This document shows, in pieces, positions 51,201 to 64,000 of a stretch of 64,000 nucleotides of DNA. The notes beneath the pieces are model-generated. The model did no database searches, was not told where the DNA came from, and was given only the letters and a program-made list of their open reading frames with translations. This stretch comes from Chlorokybus atmophyticus (taxonomy: Eukaryota; Plantae; Mesostigma and Chlorokybus algae): positions 77,108 through 141,107 of the forward strand of contig RHPI01000772.1 of assembly GCA_009103225.1 (NCBI GenBank). The letters are read 5' to 3'. The position numbers and the translations under genes were made by a program. The stretch's first letter is position 1. Each line of letters opens with the position of its first letter.

Positions 51201-54200
51201 CAGGGTCAGATTAGAGAGGGGCCGGGCGCTCGGCTGGGCCAAGTAGTTATTTACGGCTGGCAGGAACTCAACTGGATTAGTTGCCAGCATCGGACCATAA
51301 CCATCATCAGTAGCACGGTTGCCTGTCTGCACATATAGATGCACAAGTACCGATGATACTCTGTCAAGTAGCATGCTTCAAGCCCGTATTAGTCAATCTC
51401 ACACAATAGCATCAACAAACAAACGGTGTTGACCTGTCAGCTGCATTGCCATGACAAAGATGCATGCGAGTCAATACGCAACCATGCCTGCGTGTCAACT
51501 GCAACCAGTCACATAGACAGTCACACACGCTGACACGTACCCATCCGGAACAACCTGCTGCACTGCGTTGCCCACTGCAGGTGATGTTGGGTGTCAAAGT
51601 GCTGAAGATGGCACCGCCACCAACGCCAACAGCCGTGTTGTTATCAAAATCGTTTGAGTCAAAGGCTGCGCACACCCCAGTGGGTCCGCAGGCTGCATAC
51701 ACACCGCCTCCGCTTCGAGCACGATTCAACACAAAAACACTGTCGCTGATGGTGATGTTGGCAGCTGTATCACAGTGGCGACCATCTATACTGATAGCAC
51801 CTCCGCTTCCAGACGCATTGTTTGAGATAAAGGTTGAACCCTGTGGGATATGTCAGGTCATAACATCATAACATCATGCACTATGATTAGCATGTCAACT
51901 GTCACTTCCAACTCATACTGTGGAAAAGATCCTGTCAATGAAGGATGCAACACTTACGGTTATTGTTGTTGTCTCCCATGATCTACAAATGGCTAAAACC
52001 TGTGTGCCAGAGCCACCCAAAAACATGCCGCCACCATCCTGTAACATGGCCAGCATGTAAGAAGATATACTGGTAATGTGGCGCAAGTTTGCACTACCAA
52101 AGCAGGAGCTCTTGTTACAGCATGTTGACGTGGCAACATGCCTGGGATGAGCAGTCCTCAAACCGCGAGCCTGCCACTGTTAGGCGGCCAGTCACAGCAA
52201 AGATACCTCCTCCTGAGACCTGTGCTGCGCAATTGTTTGTGGTTTGGTCTGAAACGGCCATTCAATGACATTGTATACCCGACATGGAGTACTGCAATGC
52301 TTTAACAGCACTCTTTTGAGTAACCGCATAATCATGCAGCGAAACATTGTGCGCATACCTGGGCTGCAGCTTCTGTAAAGTTGCACCCTGTGCATGTAAC
52401 CGTGTGGTTGGGAGCGTCTATTCGATCTTGCAGGCTGCCAATGCCCAGGTTCTGGAGAAGCACAGTATGGCACAATCAGGTAGACGCCCGCAACAAGGAC
52501 TACCAATGCTACTTCAGGTGTGGTGGCGGACGACATGGAGTACTGCTTCAACAGCACTCTTAATTATCTAGATCTTCATGCAGCGACACATTGTGCGTAT
52601 ACCTGGATTGTAGCTTCTGCAAAGTTGCACCCGGTGCATGTATTCGTAAAGTTTGGAGCGCCTGCCTGATTCTTTGGCAGGGTGACATTGCCCTGGCCCT
52701 GGAGAAGCACAGTGTGGCACAGTTTGGTACACGCCCACAACAAGGACCACCGATGCTACTTCAGTTGTGGTGTCGGACAAGAGAATGGTCGACGTACTGA
52801 GTATGTGCCTGCATTGATCCAAAGGGCACCTCCTGATATCTGCAGTGTTGCCCATTTCAGTATGGTACTCAAAACCTCGCTGCTGTACACAGGAGATGCA
52901 CTGTCATGCAAGAAGCCCTCACCAATGCAGTGTCTTGAAAAAAGCTGCAGTTGGTCAAGGCAGCCACAGCTTGGTTTGCAATGGCACCGCCAAGCAGCTG
53001 AGAAAACAAAGTGTCAGTCCATTACAATACGTGGTGTGTGTTTCTCACGAGCACGTTCAACTTGTGGTGCTGGGTGCAATGCCAGCGTAACACCAACAAG
53101 CACAACACGCACCGCATTGTGCTGCGAGAAGCGACTGTGCAGAACACGCAACACGCCTGTACTGGCGCTGTATATCCCCCCCCCAAACCGCAAGCGAAAC
53201 ACATGCACGAGTTAGCGGCCTCACATCGATGAGCAGTCACAGTCAACAGCAAGGCTGATGATGCTTCTGCTTACCCCAGCAACATTCCGAGAAAAAACTG
53301 TATTGCGCAGAATTGTGTTGGCTGCATTGTGAAGCGCTCCACCATCCAGTAATGCATTGTTTGCTGTGAAGTTGCTTGCAGCCACCGACACAATGCTGAA
53401 GAATGCAACCACCAATGCAGCACCAGTCTACTTGCGGCGAGAGCGTTCATCATTGGGTTGCCAAACATTCACAAGCCTAGTCTGAGCGCCAACACTATAT
53501 GGCGGCTGCACTTACCACAGCTGCATTGTTGACAAATGTGGTGTTGTGAACGTCCATGGTGCTTAATAGCAAAAACATTGCACCTCCATCCTATTAGAAG
53601 CAACCAGTTGACACTGCCCGACATACATGAAGCATGCATGGTCATCAATGAGGCCAAAATGGCTCAAGAGACTTACAGTTTTGGCCTGGTTGAGTCTGAA
53701 GGTACTGTCTGTGATGTTGGCCGTGCTACCAAGCAAGGACAATGCGCCGCCAGTACACGTCAAATTGAAGCCATTGCAGGCATTGCTGTCGAAAGTGCAG
53801 CGCTCAAATGTTGAACTGTCAAGTTGCCCCAGGAAAGCACCTCCAGTCTGTAAAGCACTATGATAAGGCGCTGTTATGCAAGCACATGCATACAACATCC
53901 AACTGCACCCACATTGTTAGCAGTGTTCTCGGTGAAAATGCAGTCCGTCAAGACCATCGTGTTGTCGTTTTCAATAGCGCCGCCTTGTAAAGCGTTGTTT
54001 TGTTGGAAACTACAGAAAGTAACGCTTGCTGTGCCAGCTGCCAGATACAAAGCACCTCCACCCTGTGGCACAGACGCAACTCGCATAAAAACACAGTCAA
54101 CCATGCAGTACGAAATGAGTTCAATTAAAGTGACATCACGTTGAGCAAACAAGTAGTGTACGAAGTAAGTTTTTTCACCATATGCAACAACAAGCACAGC

Positions 54201-56018
54201 AAGATAATAGAATAGTGATAGTGAAAAAGCTGGTGACACGACTGCAGGGAAATGCAGGGACTGATAAGACCCTGTTGCAAGCACTCCAACCCTCACACTT
54301 ACGTAAGGCGCAAAGTTCCGGATAAACTGTGACCCCGATAGGTCTAGGGACTCTCCAGAAAAAAAGATGGCTCCACCAACACCGCGTAAGTCAGAAACCT
54401 CATTTCCGGTAAATGTGCACCCTTTGATGATAGCCGAACCTCCTGGAACATACACACCTGAACCCAACTGCACATGCAACAAGGCATGAGCTTCTTCTTG
54501 TCGCCCTGAAGATGTTGACAGCTACAAAGAAGCCACAGTTGCAACTATAACGCACGGGGGCTTGAGTGTTGCCTGTGAAGCGACTTGCAGTAAGCAGCAA
54601 TGACCCGGCGGTTTGAATAGCACTATAGGTGTTATCGGTGAGGTTGCTGCTGTCAACAATCAGGGTGCCTGCACTATTGGTGACAATGGCACCTGAAGCA
54701 TCCAACTATAATGCAGTTTGGAAGGTATTGTTGGAACGTCAGCACCTTCCACAAGTTAACATGCGAGTGCCTTAACGTGCTTACCAACGCTGTGTTGATG
54801 GCAAACTCCGAGTTTTGTATTGACAGCCTGCCTTTGCCATTCCAAAGTGCCCCGCCCGCAGATGCGCTGTTTCGCTGGAAACTGCACCCATTAATTTTCA
54901 TGCGCCCCTCATTGACGACAACACCTCCAGTTGCCTACAGCATAACACAACAAGTACATGTTAAAACCATGCTATAACAGGTACTCAACTGGTCAGTGTT
55001 GCCCGATCGATGAAGGGTGAGATTCAGATTGTGCTGAGGTAAGCAACACAAAGCTAGGTTCAATCCTCCCCTTAACATACACACCGCTGATTGCACACAC
55101 ATAGCGTGGCAGGTGCATACACTAGGGAAATTGTGGTGCAGAAACCACTGCAATGGATGCTGCCATGAGTATAGCGATGGGGAAACTACCTTGTGTGTGT
55201 TGCCATGTTATCAACAAGTAGTTACTTTACAAGTCACGGTTCATAGTTACAGTCCATGTGCCTCGCTAACCTGAGCTTGATGCATGCTGTGTTTGTGTGC
55301 ACAACTGCGAGGAGATGCAATCCTTGCACGCTGACTCAAAGGCACGAACACACCGATGTGACATGCACACATGCCCTCAGCTCACCGGCGCATCAGCATT
55401 GTTGCCCAGAAACTCAACTGTGTCCAGCACCGCGCTTCCTGTGTTGTACAGTGCCGCAGCCCCTGTGCCAGTCTGCAAGAAGCAAGAATTATGCAATAGC
55501 CAAAGAACACGATCGTGAGAAACAGCAACACTGCAGTTGGCAAAAGCTTTTACTGGATTTTGCTGGGAGATTCGCAAAAATGAACACTGCACAATGCTAA
55601 TTGTTCCTGCATTGACAATGGCCGCAAACGAAGCCTGCACACAGAAATCAAAGCCTGTTGTCAAAACAAAGCACACTTACGACTGGAACTGGTCTGATTG
55701 GTGTACAAACCCCTGAGCACAACAATGCACACTCACCCTTGTCAAGTTGAAGCCAGAAAGTTGAAGGTCCCGGAGTTGGAGGTCACCAGCTGCGACGACC
55801 AACAGCACCGCACCACCGGCGCTGCTTCTAAGCACCCGCTGCGGCTGCTGCCTATCTCCTCTGATGATGACACTGGATTGCACTAAGAATGTCTGAGCTG
55901 TAACAATGTCCGCAACAATTTCCTGGACAACAATTTCCTGGACCGAACCATTGGCAAGAGCGACCGCCAACTGGCTGCTAGAAGAGGCCCTCACTGCGAG
56001 CACAGACACAATATGCAA
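48250..56018 (-). CDS. Large receptor-like membrane protein: PMP-type beta-helix repeats, Cys-rich linker and multi-TM C-terminus
   Basis: Many exons carry paired FxxN/GGA(I/L) motifs (FQRNSASAGGALWN, FTGNEV..GGAIFF, FQQNNALQGGAIEN, FDNNTAVGVGGGAIF). Cys-rich CTFCERP..CEACPIGANCLGG..GYW..CSEGYAGNLCGVC. TM helices KVIITYIQV, YGFLYTGYKRSMFFWEFIV and KLNNLQ. Both ends are uncertain; the start may lie up to ~56550. Confidence 0.85.
52280..52780 (-). repeat. Tandem ~250-bp duplication of intron plus exon in the receptor gene
   Basis: Units begin CGACATGGAGTACTGC at 52280 and 52531. They contain phase-0 exons 52698-52603 (96 nt) and 52451-52359 (93 nt), both encoding TCTGCNF.EA..Q. Confidence 0.85.
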
Positions 56019-57623
56019 ATTTTACAGAACTTGTGCACAACGTGCAAAAAAGATCGCACACACGGTCGAATGACGTGTGTTTCAATGGTTTTCTGACTAC
56101 TGTCGCAGTTTACCTGTTTGTGCTGCTACGGAGTGGAAAGCGGCTGCTGTTTGCAACAGGACCGTGCAGAGCAGCAGAAACCTGCCCTGCTGAAAAGCAA
56201 CCCCTCTTTGAACCATGCTGCACACAAGTAATGAGAGGCGACGTCAGCAAGCTCGGACAACACTGCCTTGCCTGCGTGCATGGGGACCAAACCTCAAGCA
56301 ATGTCACATGTGACAAGCTGTTGACCAGCTGGCATGTCTTGCATGACGGTGCTTGCTGCTTGTCAGCAACTGCACAAACCCGTTTGCTGTACCAGACATG
56401 TTAACGGAGCTAACCATCATGCGCTCCGGCCAGGCCATACCGTCGCAGCAACTGCACGCGGGCGCATCAAACGGACCACCTCAAGCATGCCTCATCAAAC
56501 CCTCCATGTCCTCGTGAAGCTTTGCATGTCCTCGTCACCGCATCCTACCTCGCTACCGCAGCAAGACGGCACACCTCGCTGTTACCGTCTGCACCGCCCG
56601 GCAGCACTGCTTCCGGGCGGTGATTAAGCGGCTGCGTTGACCCCTGCCAGTGAGTTAGCAAGTGGGTGATTTTCACTGCGCGTTGCTTAGCAACTTCTGC
56701 CACTCCACGCTGTAGACCTAAATCTGAATCCATTAGGGCTACCGGTGATAGTTGATGTGGGCTTGCGAGCGGCCCTTCCTACCGGCGCAGAAAGCGTATT
56801 ACGTTGTGGCTTGTATAGTGGTACAGTGTTGTGGCTTGTAGGCATTATCAATGAATGCCTACAAGCCATTACACGCGCCGACAAACTTCAGATGAACGTG
56901 CAACAAAAGTTAAGCACCAGGTTATACGGTAGCATAGCGACGGTATCTCGTCACCGAAAATCGCTGTGCCCCGGCTCAGCCGGACCTGCTGAACGCGGTA
57001 AAACGGCAGTGTACGCGGTGATTCATGGCGGTTTCGCCAAGGGTTTCGCTAAGTTGCACCCGAGGCTACCGAATCTGGTGATTGGCGAAACCCCCTGTTT
57101 CCCGCTAAATCCGCACAGCAAAGTGCAGTCTTATTGCACGTTTAATCCAGTAAATTCAAACTAGAAAGCATAGGTTGGCGGGGATTTGACGAAGATAAAC
57201 TATCTATTTTGGCGGCGCCTTTTACGAAGATTTCGTGGCACTACGGTACTATTGATGTATGACGTTCTGATCACATGTGTAGGACTGAAACTAGCGGTGC
57301 GGCTGATTGGGCGGGATTGGGCCGGCCGGCCAGCCGGGCGGCCGGCATTAGGGCACAAAGACACATCACGCGCACTGAGGGCCATCACACACGGCACCCG
57401 AGACTACATGCCTGCCGCGCATACCGAGCAGCCTGCCTGCCTCTCATTGGCTATGCGACGTTTGTCAGCTATCAGCCATTCGATTTGTGTTGAACAAATC
57501 TCAACCTTCCAAAGCACATCCTCATATTGTGCAATTGCACAAAGTATATGCGAGTGAATAAATGAATCCATTCATTTTTAGCACAACATGCACGGTGCAC
57601 ATATGCGTCATGTGTGCGTTGTA

Positions 57624-58081
57624 CAGTCCACCCCCGCTAAAAGACTTTGCTCCAAGAGAATAACCCCGCTTGCAGCATACGTTTTGAGATCACCAACGAT
57701 TCTACGGGGTAATGTAAGTGCTTAAGAGAATATGACTAACCGCGAAGAGCATATTATTTTTCATGACATTTTTGCAAATGTCAGTGTGCGTATTCTTAAC
57801 ATTGAGGGAGTAGCGCGTGACGGGTGTGTCATCAGGCGTAATTAGTGTGATAGACAAGGCGTGATGGGTACAGTGTCATGCGTAATTAGCATAATGAGCG
57901 TGATGGCATAATACGTGACATAATGCGGGTGATGTAATGGGCGTGATGGGCTGCTTTATAGCATACAAATGCTCTTAATGTTTAAGAGCATATTATGCTC
58001 TTTTTAACGCCAAGAGCATAACCCCGCCAGGAGCAAATCATCTTTGAAAACAAACAGCATGTTCTTAAAAGGGGTTGATTG
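57624..58081. mobile_element. MITE family M2 copy b
   Basis: TA|CAGTCCACCCCCGCTAAAAGAC ... AAAAGGGGTTGATTG|TA. Confidence 0.8.
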
Positions 58082-58135
58082 TACAATAAATGTTTCACTG
58101 TAATTAAGTACGTACCACTATGTACCTTAACTGTA

Positions 58136-58591
58136 CAGTCTACCTTGCTATAAGAATCACGTGTATCTTTTAGTTTATCCACGGGGTTATTCTCTTGGCG
58201 TTTACAATTATGTATACTGTTTTATTCTTTACATAATATATATTTTACTAGCAGGGGTATTGCAAAATAACCGTAAGCCACGTCATTATGTGTTAACGTG
58301 GCATATATGAAATTAATAATGGTCAATAATAAATAAGTTATGTACGTAACTACATATGAGTCTTGTAATATGTGTATGCTTATAATAATAAGAATAGACA
58401 TGCCATTAACGAGGTTCCCCCGTAACAAGACTGAGCTCACACAAAATTCTAACCCTTCGTTGTAATCTTATAGCGTACAAAACTTGACCTCTATCGATGA
58501 TATTGGCCTGTAAAAGCATTGGATTTTTGCAAATCTATGATCTCAACGGGGTTATTTTGATAAACCGAAGTCTTCTAACGGGGGTAGACTA
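58136..58591. mobile_element. MITE family M1 copy c
   Basis: TA|CAGTCTACCTTGCTA ... TAACGGGGGTAGACTA|TA. Reverse homolog of 17946-18414. Confidence 0.85.
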
Positions 58592-60067
58592 TATAGTCTA
58601 CCCTTTTGTAAGAGCATACTGTTATCCTCAAAAACCGTATGCTCTTGGCGACTAAGAGCATAATATGCTCTTGAACGTTAAGAGCATATATATGCTATAA
58701 GCGCAGATTCATTACGCCCATCACGCCTATTGGTCGGGCCGGCCTGTCGGCATTCAACCTACATACATCCCGCGCTATGGCCATCACACGGCACCCGCGA
58801 CTGCCGGGCTGCGCGGCAGTATGTGCCCGCCTGCTTCTCATTGGCTAGGCGGCGAGAACAAGCGTTACACCGTTAGATCTACTTAAACACGATCCTGGCC
58901 GTCCACAGCACATCCAATTGTGTAAGAGAATGCCAATAAATGTAATAAATGCACAATTCTGCATACTTGGCCGCTTATGGCTGCATGTTGATAATTTTAA
59001 TGTGTTACACTAATAATATTAATAAACATGCTGCAATATGGTGCAATATGGTGCCAAATGATTAGCAAATGCTGTTAAGTGTTTCAAAACTTAACCATCA
59101 ACGTAACGTTCACGCCACGGTGCGTGCTGCGATACTCAGTACATAATGCCAAGGTTATGACCATCAAAGTAAGGCTAACCTGAATTACCTTAACGTTAAG
59201 ATTCAACTAAACGAAAATCTGCATCGTTAGGCCACCATTTGGTCACGCATGAGATTGATCAAATGGGGTCGCAACGGTGACAACAGCCAGTTGCTCAAAA
59301 AGGCAGCGAAATGGCCAATCATTGCAAAGATGCGTAAAAGATGCTAAAAATATCTCAGCGGCAACCGCTTATCAACGGCGACCCAAAATTGCTAGGGATT
59401 CGGTGCAATTGCGGCACAGTTAGTGGTTAGAACGGCCACGTTTTTGGCGGTACGAGGTCGGGGCAGGCCCCATACCCCAAACACATGCCGCCACTACTCA
59501 CCCTCGTTCTAACTAATCCACTCTACCCTTTGACGCTAATTGATTACGCTATAGTTACTGCGTCATCAAACATGGTCAACAGCCGAATGAATGTAATTAT
59601 GCATAATGATATAATACTTTAATTATATGTATAATACATGTATATACATGTACCATACTATATGTGAGGGTAACATGTACTACATGTATATAAATCAGCT
59701 GTAAAAATAATGTAAACTCTACTAATAGACATGTATCATTTACATTTATTGTTTGCCCTTTGACTACATGAGATTTATTATTAATGAAAAATGTAAATTC
59801 ATAGCAACGCAAATGATGTGCAAGCTGCTGGCTGCGACTTTTACCAGCCGTGATACGCCGTACGAGGTTCTGCCAGGGTTTTGCCAACTTTCGCCACATG
59901 CGCCAAGAGCAGTGCACCAGTCGCCAGAGCCACTACGGTTGCACCGCGTACATTATTGAACGGTATTACAGCGCATGGTATTGGTATCAATATCAATACC
60001 ATGCGGCTACATACCATATTAACCGGTATGTTTTGGTATAAATGCGGCTTATAGCTAAGCATTTTAT

Positions 60068-60937
60068 TCGGCTGTTGACCATGTTTGATGACGCAGTAAC
60101 TATAGCGTGTAATCAATTAGCGTTACATGGTAAAGTGGATTAGTTAGAACAAGGGTGAGTAGTGGCGGCATGTCTTTGGGGTATGGGGCCTGCCCCGACC
60201 TCGTACCGCCAAGAACGCGGCCGAATTAACCACTAACTGTGCTGCAATGGCACAACATCGCTAGCGATTTTGGGTCGCCGTTGGCTAGCAGTTGCCGTCG
60301 AGTTGGTTTTCAGCATCTTTTATGCTTCTCTGCAATCATTGGCCAATTTTCTGCTTTTTTGAGCAACGGCTGTTGTCACCGTTGCGATCCCATTTGATCA
60401 AATTCAAACGTGACCAAATGGTGGCCTAACGATGCAGATTTTCGTTTAGTTGAATCTTAATGTTAAGGTAATTTAGGTTAGGATTATTTTGATGGTTGTA
60501 ACCTTGGCATTAGTGACTATATAGTTTTGCACGTACCGTGGCATAAACGTTACGGTGAGTATTAAGTTTTCTAACGCTTAACTGCATGTTGCTAGCCATA
60601 TTGCACCATATTGCACCATATTGCAACAGATGTGCTTCATTTTGCAACACATCAGAGATACTAACAGGTATCATTGTATCTCCATATATACTGAAATTAC
60701 TTCTGTTACACATAAAAATGATCAACATGCAGCCATAAGCGGCCACGTATGCAGAACTGTGCTTAAATTTACATTTATTGGCATGCGTAAAAAATTGGAT
60801 GTGCTTTGGACGGCCAGGATTGTTTAGGCAGATCTAACGGTGTAACGCTTGTACTCGCCGCCTAGCCAATGAGAAGCCGGGCCGCACATACTGCCGCGCA
60901 GCCCAGCAGTCGCGGGTGCCGACCAAACAGCCGCACC
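60068..60937 (+). mobile_element. Short MITE-free copy C of the rolling-circle-like element
   Basis: T|TCGGCTGTTGACCATG start. Colinear with 16898-~17720, then jumps to GACCAAACAGCCGCACC. No CTAG. Confidence 0.7.
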
Positions 60938-61269
60938 ACATCGCCGCGTAACGGCAGAAACGTTAGTACTTAATGTATCATCTTGATACATGTGGGACAT
61001 GTTCAGATCATATAAGCCATGTGAAACTATCTATATACTATATTATATGTTATGTATAAAAGATTGCATGTATCATATATATTATGCATACAAAATTACC
61101 TATGTATATAACATTTTATAGTATAATAGTATTATATGCATATAATGCGTATAATGCTATTTATTACTATGACATATATGCATATCTTTTATTTATATAT
61201 GATGTAATGTATGTATAATATAAGATTACTCATATATAAGTGCGTACCGTATTTACCCGATCACTGTCC

Positions 61270-63440
61270 CCCCCTATGCTGATGCCGGCCTTCCTGAAGG
61301 AGTTCTGCACAATGCGTGCAGGGATAGCCTCCCAACTCTCCATGGTTCACGTCAGAATGTCTGTGAAGGAGCACGCCCGTTAATGGCCGCTAGCAGTGAA
61401 GGTGTGCTGGCTTGGATCCGCCATCCACATTTGCCACTACATATGCATAAGGCCTCAATAAGTAAATCTTGCTATACCAAAGGCATGCCATGTCAACAAC
61501 AACAGTTATCGTCAACAACGCACCTTTGCTCTAACCATGTCCTTGAGAGGTGTGTTCAGGCCAATGTCCAAGGGCTGCAAGGCACTTGTCATACCACCTG
61601 GTATGACAGCTTGGTTAATGCGGATGTGTTGCAGCGCCTTGCCCACAGAGTCCCACAAATGGGCCCTAAAGCTGTCCCATACAAGCGGAGCTCGTTTGCC
61701 GAAAATCTGCACACAAGCCACAACAAGCGTGGGAGCCAGCCAGTCAGTCAGCAAATCAGCATGCACACACACGAGCACGCATGCATGCACACAAGTACGC
61801 ATGCATGCACACAAGCAGTTGGAAGCAAGGAGCCAGCCAGTGTGTGCACAAACAAGTGTGCGTGCTCAGCAACCAGCCAGTCAGTCAGTGTGCACACACA
61901 CAAGTACGCATGCATGCACACAAGCAGCATGCGCACAAGCAGTCGGAAGCAAGAAGCCAGCCAGTGTGCACACAAACAAGTGTGCGTGCTCTGCAACCAG
62001 TCAGCCAGTTAGCGTGCACAACACCAACAACACCAAATACACATGCATGCACACAAGCAACAAGCACTGCTTGTACACACATGTATGTTACATGTGTGTA
62101 CAATCACAAGCAGTCAATGCACATCACTCAGCACCTGTGGGCGCTTCTTCATAACCACGTCCACCCACTCCACGCACATATTCATTCATCCACCCTTTCT
62201 CGTTGGCGTAGATGTGCATGCCCGGCACCTTGAGGTTGCGCGGCACCGTCTTCCGCTTGAGCACAACAAGAGGAGGCAGCTTGGAACCATCAGCACAAAC
62301 TGATAGAACGAGGGTAAAGCTCGCCTTCTGACCGGTCGTTGTCATGGGCACAGTTCGTACGCCTCGCTAATGCAAAGTCTTTAACGACAGCATGTCAAGC
62401 ACCATCGGCACCTCATCCATGTTGATAATCTGCCACAAAGTGTATGATTATCATTTGATTGCTTGCTTGTGGTTGATCAAGCAAGCAATTACTCTACAAA
62501 ATGCACCTGTTGCATAGTGTACTTGTTCTTCTTCCGCATGCCATCAACAAGCAACCTAAAGGATGTCATAATCTCTGCTTGCTGAGCAGGCGCTCTCTGG
62601 CCCACCTTCGTGCGAGCACGCACGACAAGGTCGTGGCGTTTGCAAAAACGCACTGCCCAATATAAGGAGTTGTTGAAGTGCACATCTTGTCGGGTGACTG
62701 TTCGTTGGCCTCTACGATCAGCTGCTTCGCAAGCGCCTGTTTGAGCATGTACACATAAGCACAAGCAGTCAGCAATGAGTGTAAGTGTACAAGCAGTCAG
62801 TGTAGCAGTCAGTGTATGTGCACAAGCAGTCAGCAATGAGTGCGTGGGTATGGGCACAACCACTCAGCAAGGAGTGTGTGTGTAACTTAGCAAAGAGTGC
62901 GTGGGTATGTGCACAAGCAGTCAGCAATGAGTGCGTGGGTATGTGCACAACCACTCAGCACGGATTGCGTGTGCATGTACACAAGGGTTCAGCAATGAGT
63001 GCGTGTGCATGTACACAAGTAGTCAGCAATGAGTGCGTGTGTAAGTTAGGAAGCAATCAGCAATGAGTGCGTGGGTATGCACAAGCAGTCAGCAAGGAGT
63101 GTGTGTGTACAAGCAGTACCTGTAGCATCTTCTGCAAAACAGCAAGGCCAAGCATGCGCTTGTCTTTAACAAAGGCGAACAACTGCTCCTCCATGTCTGG
63201 GAATTGTGGTTTGCGCCCACCTGCATGTCAAAGGGCAACACCACATTCAACACTGCATGTTGATGTTTACACTCCATGTTGTAAGTATATTGCACATAAC
63301 GTACCCCCTTGCAAACGGAAGGCAGACCTCAAGCTGCCCGTGATATTAATGCCCTGCCTGATTCCCCATTCACGAATGCTTTTTGGATAGACATCATGCT
63401 CACGTGCTGCAGCCTTCACCCAAATAAAGCGTGCCTGACG
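61270..63440 (-). pseudogene. Intron-containing pogo-family DDE transposase pseudogene
   Basis: HTH AAAREHDVYPKSIREW; CENP-B-like PQFPDMEEQLFAFV and WAVRFCKRHDLVVRART; DDE_1 motifs INMDEVPM, GSKLPPLVVLKRK, NEKGWMN, VWDSFRAH, IPGGMTSALQPLD and WEAIP..IVQNSFRKAGIS. In-frame stops (~62367, ~61380) and a frameshift near 62690. Confidence 0.92.
62760..63115. repeat. Degenerate minisatellite in a pogo transposase intron
   Basis: Repeated CAAGCAGTCAGCAATGAGTGCGTGGGTATGTGCA-like units. Confidence 0.85.
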
Positions 63441-64000
63441 CAACATCTTCAGCTACACACACAACCTTTGCATGAGCTGCTTATTAATGTGGAGCTTGTG
63501 TTGAACAGGTGCACAAGCAGACACTATCTGCGCTGACACAACACACGCAAGCAAGCATTACCAAATGCACATTCTTGACTTATTGTGAATTGACGGCGCA
63601 GGTGCCTCTTATTCTTTTTATAACTGCTCTCACGTGCGCGCTTCTTTGCAACTACCTCATCTGGGCGCGCCTCACGTGCTGCTTGGTCTGCCTTGGCCTT
63701 AGCAGCAGCTGCGGCAGCAACGGCGACGGCAGTCGCAGCCGCTGCTGAGGCCACTTCAGCAGCAGCGGCTGCTGCCGCTGCTTCCTCCTCAAGCTGGCGG
63801 CCTGCCTTGCAGCAGCCCGACCAGCCATTTTGCCACCGCCGCCAGCCACACCGCCCTCGACAACCACACCGCCCTCCACAACCACACCGCCGCCAACTAC
63901 GCAATTGGTCACCCCCAAGGATGAGATTTGCGTGAGAAAGGCGGGAAAGGCGGCAACCCCTACTACCAAACATAGTCCCCCCCTTGTCATAATATCCCCC

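Larger units (their letters stand above)
57291..59586 (-). mobile_element. Composite rolling-circle-like element, copy B
   Basis: Reverse-complement homolog of 16898-19245, with the same termini (AA|CTAGCGGTGCGGCTG ... CAACAGCCGA|A) and the same nested MITE order. Confidence 0.65.
61247..64000 (-). mobile_element. pogo/Tc2(POGK)-like DNA transposon, other end outside the window
   Basis: TA|CCGTATTTACCCGA terminus at 61247 immediately after the transposase C-terminus. No matching TIR in the window. Confidence 0.75.

Overview
Eukaryotic nuclear DNA from a draft assembly (N-gaps at 21621-21867 and 34073-34176). It is most likely from a streptophyte-grade green alga. This is an inference from a BELL homeobox gene with a POX domain, plant-type LysM, P-loop and IVD genes, and an algal/protist-type beta-helix multi-TM receptor. 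The window has three zones. (1) About 1-20 kb is an accessory zone of decayed genes and nested DNA transposons: two copies of a short-TIR element with 2-bp TSDs, TA-target MITEs, a possible CMC/Plavaka transposase relic, an inverted pair of paralogous pseudogenes and a rolling-circle-like composite element. (2) About 22-56 kb is a gene-dense, intron-rich core: BELL TALE homeobox, H2A.Z, a 2-PGK-like P-loop NTPase, a ubiquitin-like protein, a LysM protein, isovaleryl-CoA dehydrogenase, a possible small membrane protein and a large PMP-repeat/Cys-rich/multi-TM receptor-like gene. (3) About 57-64 kb is a second transposon zone: two more copies of the rolling-circle-like element head-to-head, and an intron-containing pogo/Tc2-like transposase pseudogene. 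The most unusual signals are the chimeric T|TC...CTAG|TT element carrying captured MITEs, the CGT...ACG element with 2-bp TSDs whose removal restores reading frames, the high rate of GC-AG introns, and a tandemly duplicated exon in the receptor gene. Gene models were spliced by eye, identities are visual estimates, and no database searches were run.
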